A DNA stretch of 32,000 nt, taken from positions 1,500,001-1,532,000 of the forward strand of contig OY843585.1 of the NCBI GenBank assembly GCA_963692945.1, given 5' to 3'. The position numbers were made by a program, and so were the translations under genes. The stretch comes from Bdellovibrionales bacterium. GTDB taxonomy: Bacteria; Bdellovibrionota; Bdellovibrionia; Bdellovibrionales; UBA1609. Position 1 is the stretch's first letter, and the number at the start of each line of letters is the position of its first letter. The notes beneath the pieces were generated by a model, which made no database searches, was not told the origin of the DNA, and saw only the letters and a program-made list of their open reading frames with translations. Below are positions 15,826 through 24,681 of the stretch, piece after piece.

Positions 15826-16809
15826 ATGAAAAAATACATAAATAAAATTATTCATGATGACTCTCTCAATTTCTTAACAAAATTAAAAGATAACTCTATA
15901 GATATTATACTGACAGATCCTCCTTATTTTTTGGATAAAATGGATCATAAATGGAGTACAAAAAAAGTAAAAAGCCCTAAAAAACCTTATGCTATAAAGC
16001 ACCTACCAGCAGGTATGAAATTTAATAAAGAACAGGGAAAAGTTTTTTATTCTTGGTATCTTAAAATATCAAAAGAATTTTTTAGAGTTTTAAAACCAGG
16101 AGGTTTTTTCTTTTCCTTTTCTAGCCCTAGACTCTATCATAGAATGACCTGTGCTATTGATGACGCTGGATTTGAGATAAGAGATTGTTTTATATGGCTC
16201 TATACACAAAATCAACCTAAAGCGATGAGTCTTCATCATTTTATCAATAAAATGAATAAGTCTAAAAAAGAAAAAGAAAAATTAAATAGACAATTTAAGG
16301 AATGGAAAACTCCACAAGTAAAATCTTGTCACGAACCAATTGCAATGGCTCAAAAGCCCTTAAAAGGAACTTATCTGGAAAATTCAATGAAATACAATGT
16401 GTCTTTAATTAACACAAATATAAAACAAGGACTCCATAAGGATATGTTTGTATCAAATATCATAACAAATGAACTTATTAACCATAGAATAGATAAAGTT
16501 TTTTTAGTGGATAAACCAAAAAAAAATGAAAAAGGATTGTTTAACAATCATAAAACAGTTAAACCTTTATCCCTGTTTAAGTATCTAATTAGTTTAACTA
16601 CAAAGAAAAACAGTATAGTTTTAGATCCATTCACAGGAAGTGGTACAACTGCTGTAGCTTGTAAAGAACTTGGCCGAAAATTCATCGGAGTGGAAATCAA
16701 TAAGCAATATATTGATATTGCCACTAAAAGATTAAATACTTTAAAAGTAAAAAAAGAAAAAAAGAAACAAGAATCTATCTCAGAACAAAGAGAACTTTTT
16801 ATGATCTAA
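15826..16809 (+). CDS. DNA methyltransferase, beta-class (N6-adenine or N4-cytosine; DPPY suggests N6-A)
   Basis: Motif IV IDIILTDPPYF is near the N-terminus. Motif I LDPFTGSGTTAVACKELGRKFIGVEI is near the C-terminus. This is the permuted beta-class order typical of the N6_N4_Mtase family. Confidence 0.85.
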   Translation: MKKYINKIIHDDSLNFLTKLKDNSIDIILTDPPYFLDKMDHKWSTKKVKSPKKPYAIKHLPAGMKFNKEQGKVFYSWYLKISKEFFRVLKPGGFFFSFSSPRLYHRMTCAIDDAGFEIRDCFIWLYTQNQPKAMSLHHFINKMNKSKKEKEKLNRQFKEWKTPQVKSCHEPIAMAQKPLKGTYLENSMKYNVSLINTNIKQGLHKDMFVSNIITNELINHRIDKVFLVDKPKKNEKGLFNNHKTVKPLSLFKYLISLTTKKNSIVLDPFTGSGTTAVACKELGRKFIGVEINKQYIDIATKRLNTLKVKKEKKKQESISEQRELFMI

Positions 16810-16922
16810 TATTTACTTGAAGTAAAATCTAGTATATTATAGTTTAAAAATAAGGCTGTTTATTAATTACGAGATGAGTAAAAAATAATTAAGGTGTGGA
16901 CATCGCGACAAGGCATTAATGA

Positions 16923-18782
16923 ATGAACTCTAATATAGTAAATAGGCATGAAATTCTTGTAAATTTAGCTCTTTTTGAAAGTATAAGACAAGAACAACCT
17001 AATATTTTTTATTTAGATCATTTTGTCTTATTAATGCTATCTTTGCTTTCAAAAAAAAACCAAGTTAGTAATACAGAAATCCAAAAACTTTTTCAAGAAA
17101 ATCTATCTATGAAAATACCTTTAGTATCTGTAAATAAAATTGCTAAAAAAGCTGTTGAAAAAGGCTACTTTCAATTAAACAAAAATAATCATAAAAATAG
17201 TCAACTTCATAAAATTTATACTTTGAAAATTGAAAAGATACAAAAACAAAACAAAAAATTCAATACATTAAAAGATAAAATTAAAACATCTCAAGAAAAT
17301 TTTTATCGAAGATTTAAAAAGTTTATCAAAAATAAATATAAACTTGATATTGATTTAGTTAAATGCAAGAAGTTGTTCTATATTCATTTTCTTAAAAACT
17401 ATAAAGATATTCAAAATGTAGAATACCCTATAAGTCAAAATATTTATAATGAAAATTATGTAGTAAATGATTTTATTCGTTATTTATATGAAAATCAAAA
17501 CAACGAACTTTTAAAATGCTTAGAACAAATAATTAGAGGTAATTGGGTTTCAAATTATTTATTTATGTGGAAGAATGATGCTCATAAAGGAAATTTAAAG
17601 GGAGTTAAAGTTTTTTTTGACACACCACTTATTATATCCTTGTTAGGATTTAATGGTGAGTTTTCAAAAAAAATCACTAAGGAATTATTAGATTTACTTC
17701 ATAAACTCGGAGCTAAAACTTATATTTTTTCTCATAATATTGAAGAAACAAAAATTCTATTGAAGGGATGGGCAGAAGCTGTTAAGCAACAAAATTTTAA
17801 ATACATGAGATTATCAACTATTGAAGAAATTCGTGACAAAGATTATAACTATCAAGACTTAGAAAATTTATCAATTAGAATCAAAAATAATTTATATAGT
17901 TTAAAAATTGAAGAAACTAAAGTTAGAATCAAAGATGAATACAGAATTTCTGAACAAAAGCTTGAAGATAGTATTTCTCATGAAGAAAGTAATTATACAG
18001 GCAAGAAGGTCCATATCGATATAGAAAGTGCTGCATCTATCTTTTCTTTAAGACTAGGATGTCCAACTTTAAATATAACAGATAGACCTTATATTTTTGT
18101 TTCATCTACATTCAAAGTGGTAAATAATATAAATAATTTTTTTAATGACGATTATAATGAGGACAATCCTAAAAATATTCCTATTTTTGTAATGGATAAA
18201 TGGCTTACGAATTTATGTTGGCTCTTGAGTCCTAAACAATCCACTCTTCCAAGAGATTTTTTGGTAGCACACAGTTATGCATCATTAAATACATCGGATA
18301 AGGTTTGGGAAGATTTTAATAAATTTTTAGAAAAATATGAAAAACAACCAGAAATTACAAGTGAAGGTTTAGATGCTATTCGATATGAAAAAGATTTTAA
18401 AAGTTGTGTTGAAGAATATGCCGTTCTCAAAGGAACTATTAAACAAAAAAATATCCCAGATATCATTAAAGAAGGAAGAAAGAAGATATATAAAAACTAC
18501 GAACTAAAAAATAACAAATTAAAATCCGAAAATAAAATATTTAAAGAACGTTCTAAAAAACTCTCTAATATAATGGCTCATACAATTACAGTATCTATAT
18601 CTATAATAATTTTAGTAATAGTTCTTTTTTTCATTTATTATTTGAAAGATACTAAATACTGGTTTTGGGTAGCAATATTAGTTACAATAACTACTAGTGG
18701 TTTTGGTATTAAATATCCATATAAAAAGATACAGAATTTCATATATAAAAAAATATCCAATTATTTATGGAAATCCATATAA
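16923..18782 (+). CDS. Hypothetical 619-aa protein: putative N-terminal wHTH, central PIN-like region, two C-terminal TM helices
   Basis: This is a long ORF in the AT-rich island, downstream of the R-M pair. VKVFFDTPLIISLLG (D233), IFSHNIEET, HIDIESAASIF (D366) and YIFVSST resemble the acidic-residue pattern of PIN-like nucleases; this is inference only. Hydrophobic helices ITVSISIIILVIVLFFIYYL and YWFWVAILVTITTSGFGI lie at ~18580-18715. Confidence 0.5.
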   Translation: MNSNIVNRHEILVNLALFESIRQEQPNIFYLDHFVLLMLSLLSKKNQVSNTEIQKLFQENLSMKIPLVSVNKIAKKAVEKGYFQLNKNNHKNSQLHKIYTLKIEKIQKQNKKFNTLKDKIKTSQENFYRRFKKFIKNKYKLDIDLVKCKKLFYIHFLKNYKDIQNVEYPISQNIYNENYVVNDFIRYLYENQNNELLKCLEQIIRGNWVSNYLFMWKNDAHKGNLKGVKVFFDTPLIISLLGFNGEFSKKITKELLDLLHKLGAKTYIFSHNIEETKILLKGWAEAVKQQNFKYMRLSTIEEIRDKDYNYQDLENLSIRIKNNLYSLKIEETKVRIKDEYRISEQKLEDSISHEESNYTGKKVHIDIESAASIFSLRLGCPTLNITDRPYIFVSSTFKVVNNINNFFNDDYNEDNPKNIPIFVMDKWLTNLCWLLSPKQSTLPRDFLVAHSYASLNTSDKVWEDFNKFLEKYEKQPEITSEGLDAIRYEKDFKSCVEEYAVLKGTIKQKNIPDIIKEGRKKIYKNYELKNNKLKSENKIFKERSKKLSNIMAHTITVSISIIILVIVLFFIYYLKDTKYWFWVAILVTITTSGFGIKYPYKKIQNFIYKKISNYLWKSI

Positions 18783-18940
18783 ATTATATTTCTCTTTAAG
18801 GAATTTAATTCTTTGCACATATAAGACGTAAGAAATCATCTCATTAAAAGAATGCTTTTTTACATCTTATCACTTAGGGAATTGTGATGCAATTACAGAC
18901 ACAGGACTTGTAAGACTAATGAAATCACATCTTAAAAAAT

Positions 18941-20875
18941 CTAATTCAAAATAATGGTTATTGTTTTACTAGGAGGTATAGGCTCTCCTGCAAAAGGGAT
19001 GGTTCTTATAACACGATTGGAACCATAAATTTTTAAATTCAATCCTTTGTTTTGAACCTTGCTCAACACTTCCCTTAAAGTTAAACCCTTAAGATTAGGG
19101 ATTTGATTGGCAAAGGCTAAAGTTCGCTCTACCTTTTGTTCTTTCTTATTATTTTGAGCTAAAATAAAATCCTTTTCTTTAAACAAAATAGGAGAAAGAC
19201 CTGCTTTACGAACAGCATAGGAAGACACTTTAGAAAACACAGGTGCCGCAAGAGTGGAAGCGTAAAAATTGTCTTTTGCTCCATCAATAACAACATAAAC
19301 TACATATTTTGGTTTATGAGCAGGTATAAAACCTATAAAACTTGAAATGTATTCTGAATCCTTATAACCACCTTTTTCTAAATCCACTTTTTGAGCCGTC
19401 CCTGTTTTTCCTGCTGTTAAATAACCAGGGACAACAGCTTGAAATCCTGTTCCGTTTTCTTCAGTTACAGACGTCAACATAAGAGTGATGGTTTGAGCTT
19501 CATCTTCTTCTAAAACTTGGCGAATCACTTCTTCTTTAAAAACTTTCTCTTCTCCGTTGTAAGGATTTCTAATTTGTTTAATCATCCTAGGTCTCTTTAA
19601 AAAACCTCCATTGGCAATAGATGCATAAGCATTAGCCACTTGTAAAGCCGTGCTAGATACTCCATGACCAAAACTAATAGTTGCTGTTTCAATAGGTCTC
19701 CAAGGTAGTTTTCGTAACTTTCCTTTAGATTCTCCTTGAAATGCAATTCCTGTTTTTTGACCAAAACCAAAACTGGATAGAGATCTTCTTAACTTTTCAG
19801 CTCCAATATCAATAGCCATCACAGAAGCACCTATATTAGAAGAATAAGATAAAATTTCTGTCATATTTAAAAACGGATCAAACTTTTTTTTGACTTCTGC
19901 CTCTTTAATAATTTTTCCTCCTATATGAAATTTTCCATTATGAGTGAAATATTTTTTACTAGGAGCAAGACCAGATTGAATAGCAGAAATAACAGTAAAA
20001 GTTTTTAAAACACTTCCTGGTTCAAAAACATCAGTGATAACACGATTCCTTCTGTCATTTTTATTTTCCACTTTATTGGGATAATTAGGATCATAATTAG
20101 GGACATTAATCATGGCTAAAACTTCGGAATTATCAACAGATAAAACCAAACCCATGGCCGACTCAGCCTTAGACAAACGAACGGCTTTATAAAGTTCTTT
20201 TTCAAAATAAAATTGAAGGTCACTGTCTATTGTAAGATAGACATCAAAACCACTCACTTGACTAATAAAAGGTGTAAAGTCAGCAAATAAGGGACGCCCT
20301 CTAGCATCTCTTTTAACTAAAACTCTCTGTTCTTCCCCTTGTAAAATGTCATCATACTTTTTTTCTATACCTTCCAAACCATGACCATCAATATCTGTAA
20401 AACCAAGAACTTGAGACAAAGAATCTCCTTTTGTATAAAATCTTTTAGATTCTTTAATAAAATGGATACCTTCAAATTTAAAAGACTTTACCATTTTCAC
20501 TTCTTGTGCTGTTAGATGTCTTTTGAGCCACATAAATCTTCTTTTTTTATTCAGTAACTTTGAAAGAATTTTTTTTCTTGATAGTTTTAGGGAAGAAGAT
20601 AATTTTTTAGCGATATAATAAGGTTCTTTCACTTTATAAGGATCAGCAAAAAGAGATTGAGAAGATGTAGAAATGGCCAACTCCTTACCATAACGATCAT
20701 AAATAACTCCTCTTCTTGGAGTGACTTTGACTGTTGTTTCAAACAATCTTTCTTTCAATTGAGTGAGTCGATCTTGAGGAAATAACTGTAAAGAAGCACT
20801 TCTTATTATAAGGATACAAAAACTAAGTCCTATAAAATACATTACAAAAAGCATTCTATGTTTTATCAGTTTCAT
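18941..20875 (-). CDS. ftsI: Peptidoglycan D,D-transpeptidase FtsI (PBP3) with a C-terminal PASTA-like domain
   Basis: It has an N-terminal TM anchor, SxxK (EPGSVLKTF), SxN (YSSNIGA) and KTG (AGKTGTAQK). The C-terminal IPNLKGLTLREVLSKVQNKGLNLKIYG is PASTA-like. It follows ftsL and rsmH. Confidence 0.9.
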   Translation of the reverse strand: MKLIKHRMLFVMYFIGLSFCILIIRSASLQLFPQDRLTQLKERLFETTVKVTPRRGVIYDRYGKELAISTSSQSLFADPYKVKEPYYIAKKLSSSLKLSRKKILSKLLNKKRRFMWLKRHLTAQEVKMVKSFKFEGIHFIKESKRFYTKGDSLSQVLGFTDIDGHGLEGIEKKYDDILQGEEQRVLVKRDARGRPLFADFTPFISQVSGFDVYLTIDSDLQFYFEKELYKAVRLSKAESAMGLVLSVDNSEVLAMINVPNYDPNYPNKVENKNDRRNRVITDVFEPGSVLKTFTVISAIQSGLAPSKKYFTHNGKFHIGGKIIKEAEVKKKFDPFLNMTEILSYSSNIGASVMAIDIGAEKLRRSLSSFGFGQKTGIAFQGESKGKLRKLPWRPIETATISFGHGVSSTALQVANAYASIANGGFLKRPRMIKQIRNPYNGEEKVFKEEVIRQVLEEDEAQTITLMLTSVTEENGTGFQAVVPGYLTAGKTGTAQKVDLEKGGYKDSEYISSFIGFIPAHKPKYVVYVVIDGAKDNFYASTLAAPVFSKVSSYAVRKAGLSPILFKEKDFILAQNNKKEQKVERTLAFANQIPNLKGLTLREVLSKVQNKGLNLKIYGSNRVIRTIPFAGEPIPPSKTITIILN

Positions 20876-20894
20876 AAATTCCTCTCTTATAATT

Positions 20895-21197
20895 CTAATC
20901 TATAATCAAAGCTTTTCCATCTATAACTTGTATAATCTGACCTTTTTTCTTTTCATTTAAAGAACCTTTTTTAGCCAAATTCTCTAATCGGTCTGTTCGC
21001 ATAACACGACCATACTCCCTTAAATTAAAATAGTATTCGTCTTGTATCCGATCAAACTTCCTATTCTCCTGATATAAAGAATAACTCAATCGTCTTAAAG
21101 TGATCTTGAAGAAAGCCGTCAAAAATAAAAATAAAATGATTAACAAAATACTGTAAAAAGGTTTTACACCTTTTTTTAAACCTTGTCTCCCTAACAT
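20895..21197 (-). CDS. ftsL: Cell division protein FtsL-like
   Basis: A 100-aa bitopic protein with the TM segment FYSILLIILFLFLTAFF followed by a coiled region. It sits between rsmH and ftsI. Confidence 0.6.
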   Translation of the reverse strand: MLGRQGLKKGVKPFYSILLIILFLFLTAFFKITLRRLSYSLYQENRKFDRIQDEYYFNLREYGRVMRTDRLENLAKKGSLNEKKKGQIIQVIDGKALIID

Positions 21198-21200
21198 TTT

Positions 21201-22109
21201 TTACCCCTTAACAAATATTCTCAACTTCGCACTACGACTTCTAGGATTAGACTGCCTCTCTTTTGAAGAAGGTCGTATCACTTTTTTATTACCCAATTGA
21301 CCTTCCCCTTGAAGAACAAAGTTTTTAAAACCTCTCTTAACTATACGATCTTCTAAAGAATGGAATGTCACAACAATAAGATAAGCTCCTGTTTTTAAAA
21401 TAGGCAGAAAAGATGGCAAACTTTTTTCTAACCCCTCTAGTTCTTGATTTACAAACATACGAAGAGCTAAAAAATAGGGTGTGGCAGGATGACGACCTGA
21501 AAAACCACGAGAGATATGCTTTTGTATCACATTCACCAACTCCCTTGTTGTCTCAAATTTCTTTTTTTGTCTTTCCTTAAAAATAGAGTCTACAACAGCA
21601 AAAGGTCGCTTGATCTCTCCATAATGACAAAATAAATCTTCTAAATCTTTTTTTGAAAAACTATTAATCACATGAGCTGCTGTTAATTTTTGTTCTCTAT
21701 CCATACGCATATCTAAAGGACCATCTTGATAAAAACTAAATCCCCTTTCGGCTTGATCTAATTGAGGAGAGCTTACTCCTAAATCCACTAAAATAATATC
21801 AAATAACCTGGATTGAGAGTGTTGTTTTGAAAAATCATGAAAATTGATTTTTAAAAATTCAATTTGATCTTCAACCCCTAAAGATTTTCCATACTTTATA
21901 GCTTCCTCATCTCTATCTAAAGCCAAGATTTTTAATTTTGGATATTTTTTTAAAAAAGCTAGAGAATGACCTCCTCTTCCAAAAGTACAATCTAAAGCGG
22001 TTTGAGGAGCAAAATCATCTGGAAAAAAAGACAACATGTCAGACAATAAAACAGGGGTATGTTTATTATTTTGAGTGTCTAGATTTTGCTTTTTAGAATC
22101 TATTTCCAT
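21201..22109 (-). CDS. rsmH: 16S rRNA (cytosine1402-N4)-methyltransferase
   Basis: HTPVLL, DCTFGRGGHS, VDLGVSSPQLD, GPLDMRM and FHSLEDRIVK are canonical RsmH/MraW motifs. Confidence 0.9.
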   Translation of the reverse strand: MEIDSKKQNLDTQNNKHTPVLLSDMLSFFPDDFAPQTALDCTFGRGGHSLAFLKKYPKLKILALDRDEEAIKYGKSLGVEDQIEFLKINFHDFSKQHSQSRLFDIILVDLGVSSPQLDQAERGFSFYQDGPLDMRMDREQKLTAAHVINSFSKKDLEDLFCHYGEIKRPFAVVDSIFKERQKKKFETTRELVNVIQKHISRGFSGRHPATPYFLALRMFVNQELEGLEKSLPSFLPILKTGAYLIVVTFHSLEDRIVKRGFKNFVLQGEGQLGNKKVIRPSSKERQSNPRSRSAKLRIFVKG

Positions 22110-22116
22110 TCAAAAG

Positions 22117-22581
22117 TCATAAAGTTTTAAGATAGTCCAAAACCTCTTGTGCATGACCATCCACCTTAACTTTACGCCACTCTTTAATAATAAAACCCTT
22201 TTCATCAATAATAAAAGTACTCCTATCTATTCCCAAAAATTTACGACCATACATGTTTTTCTCTTTTATAACATCAAAAAATTTACAAAGTTTCTCTTCT
22301 TCGTCACTGATTAGATCAAACTTATACTTGTACTTAGACTTAAATTTTTCATGAGAGTTGATACTATCTTTAGACACACCAAAAACTTTTGTATTTAATT
22401 TTTGGATTTTTGAATAAAAAGAGGTAAAGTCCTGTCCTTCTTTTGTGCAACCGGGAGTATCATCTTTAGGATAAAAATAAAGGACGACAGATTGACCCTT
22501 ACAATCTTGTAAGTTGATCTTCTTTCCTCCTGTGACTGGCAAAACCAGAGAAAGAACTTTCTTACCTATAACTTTAGCCAT
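22117..22581 (-). CDS. bcp: Peroxiredoxin, Bcp-type thiol peroxidase
   Basis: Contains VVLYFYPKDDTPGCTKEG, the peroxidatic Cys motif. The protein is 154 aa, and FGVSKDS is also present. Confidence 0.85.
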   Translation of the reverse strand: MAKVIGKKVLSLVLPVTGGKKINLQDCKGQSVVLYFYPKDDTPGCTKEGQDFTSFYSKIQKLNTKVFGVSKDSINSHEKFKSKYKYKFDLISDEEEKLCKFFDVIKEKNMYGRKFLGIDRSTFIIDEKGFIIKEWRKVKVDGHAQEVLDYLKTL

Positions 22582-22699
22582 TTTAAACCTCTTGATTTAC
22601 TTTGAGAAGATTGTATGAAGTTCAAGGAAAAACATCAACTAAAAAACTTGAAAAATAGAAACATCTTTATTAGAATAATTTTCTAGAGGAATAGGTAAA

Positions 22700-23221
22700 A
22701 TGAAAAGTTCTATTATATTTTCAGAAAATGAAATTCAAAAAAAGGTGTCAGAATTGGCTCTTCAAATCAATGATTTTTATGGCTCCAAAGAGATTCTAGC
22801 CATTGGTATTTTAAATGGCGTTTTTATTTTTTATTCTGACCTACTAAAGCATTTGACCCACAATATTGCATGTGACTTTTGCTCTATCTCTTACTATGGA
22901 AGTTCCAATAAAGCTTTGTCAGAAGCCACTATTGATCTTGATATCACCCAAGAAATAAGAGGTAAAAATGTCCTTCTTATTGATTGTATCATTGACTATG
23001 GTTACACAATAGAATTTGCAAAAAAACACATTCAACAAAGAAACCCTACATCCATTCACACAGTTGGTCTTGTTATAAAACCTGCTGCTCATAAAAACAC
23101 AAAAATTGACTTTTCAGGATTTGAAGTAGAACAAGATGTTTTTGTTGTAGGCTATGGGACAGACTATCAAAATCAAGGACGAAATTTACCTCACTTTGCT
23201 CAAGTCGTAGAACTCAATTGA
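22700..23221 (+). CDS. hpt: Hypoxanthine(-guanine) phosphoribosyltransferase
   Basis: A 173-aa protein with the PRPP-binding loop NVLLIDCIIDYGYTI and the C-terminal VVGYGTDYQNQGRNLP. The overall layout is that of Hpt. Confidence 0.8.
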   Translation: MKSSIIFSENEIQKKVSELALQINDFYGSKEILAIGILNGVFIFYSDLLKHLTHNIACDFCSISYYGSSNKALSEATIDLDITQEIRGKNVLLIDCIIDYGYTIEFAKKHIQQRNPTSIHTVGLVIKPAAHKNTKIDFSGFEVEQDVFVVGYGTDYQNQGRNLPHFAQVVELN

Positions 23222-23230
23222 TTTTTTAAA

Positions 23231-24625
23231 TCAGTTCATCAAAAGAATCACAATGCCATCAAAGACTTCTCTCGCTTGTTTTACTTTTTGAGGCGATCCA
23301 TTATAAAGAAAAGTAAAGATTATTTTTTTATTCTTAGATGTAACTCCATAACCTGATAATCCTAGAACACCTAGAATAGAACCTGTTTTTGCCCGAACAG
23401 AAACATTTTGAAATCTTTCCTTCAAAGTCCCTACCCCACCAGAAATAGGATAAGAAGAAAATATCTCTGGATGATAAAACTGAGAAAAATCTTTTAACAA
23501 TAAGGTTTGAAAATGCTTTGCTGAAAAACGATTTTTCCGACTTAATCCCGAAGGTTCAAAAAATTTATAACCTTTCAAACCTACTTTTTTTCTCAAATAC
23601 CTATTGATAAAATAAATGCCCTTATAAAGGTCTCCTCGTTTATTTCCCAAATTTAAAGGCAAATGAGCTGTCAACATACGCGTCACAAAATTGTTAGAAT
23701 ACTTCATCATATTATGAGAATGAAAAACAAGAGGTTTACTTTCAAAACTGGTGAGAACTTTACAAGAAGAACAAGACCCCTTCCGCACTTTTCCTTTTAC
23801 TAAAATACCTCTTTGGTTTAAAAAAGATTTGATATTAAAACCTAACCAAAACAAAGGGTGTTGGATATTACTATATTTTACAATCTCCTTGCTTTTATAA
23901 TGAATCGTTCCCTGCAATACAAAAACCTCTCCCTTGGAAGAGTTCTTAATTCTTTTTAAAGAAATAGAATTTTTGTTTTTTGAAACAGTCCTTACCTTAT
24001 TGACAACTTTTACAAATTCATTTTTAGGGTCTATGTAGATTTGAGCTGGAGAATTTACTTTTTTCCCAGGTCGTATCCAAAAAGTCACAGAATTCCAATT
24101 AAAAGAAGCTGCACTCACTGGAGCTGCATAACTTCTATCTGTATAAGGTAAAAAATAAGATTTTTTATAAAGAGTATCATCTATAACTAAATCTCCTTTA
24201 ATCTCTTTAATCCCTGTCCGAACAAAGTTATTGACTAAATTCCACAGACTTTCAGAAGTAAAACTAGGATCTCCTCCAGCTTTTAAAAATAAATCCCCAT
24301 TTAATTGAGTTTTATTTTTAATAGTCGCTGAAGAAACAAAAGAAGTTTTAAATTTAAAATAAGGAAGATAGTAATAATAGAAAGCGGACAAAGTGGCTAT
24401 TTTTGTTAATGAAGCAGGTATAAAAAGACGATCAGCGTTAAGCTGATAAAGAACTTTCTCTTTTTTTAAGGGACTTTTTTTTAAAATACTAAGACCTAAA
24501 GAGTCAGGATTTAAATTTTTCTGTTGAATAAGTGTATGAATTTCTTTATGAAGCTGATTCTCTCCATAACTCAAGAAAGAAACAAAAAGAGACAGACCAA
24601 AGAAAAAAAGAAGTTTTCTAATCAT
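23231..24625 (-). CDS. dacB: D-alanyl-D-alanine carboxypeptidase/endopeptidase, PBP4 family
   Basis: It has a signal peptide, SxxK (IPASLTKIAT), SxN (YSNNFV) and KTG (AKTGSILGVLGLSGY). The protein is 464 aa. Confidence 0.8.
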   Translation of the reverse strand: MIRKLLFFFGLSLFVSFLSYGENQLHKEIHTLIQQKNLNPDSLGLSILKKSPLKKEKVLYQLNADRLFIPASLTKIATLSAFYYYYLPYFKFKTSFVSSATIKNKTQLNGDLFLKAGGDPSFTSESLWNLVNNFVRTGIKEIKGDLVIDDTLYKKSYFLPYTDRSYAAPVSAASFNWNSVTFWIRPGKKVNSPAQIYIDPKNEFVKVVNKVRTVSKNKNSISLKRIKNSSKGEVFVLQGTIHYKSKEIVKYSNIQHPLFWLGFNIKSFLNQRGILVKGKVRKGSCSSCKVLTSFESKPLVFHSHNMMKYSNNFVTRMLTAHLPLNLGNKRGDLYKGIYFINRYLRKKVGLKGYKFFEPSGLSRKNRFSAKHFQTLLLKDFSQFYHPEIFSSYPISGGVGTLKERFQNVSVRAKTGSILGVLGLSGYGVTSKNKKIIFTFLYNGSPQKVKQAREVFDGIVILLMN

Positions 24626-24681
24626 ATTTCAATTATACCTATTGAAAGTCTAAAAAAAAGCTCTTAGAGTCAAAACTTATA

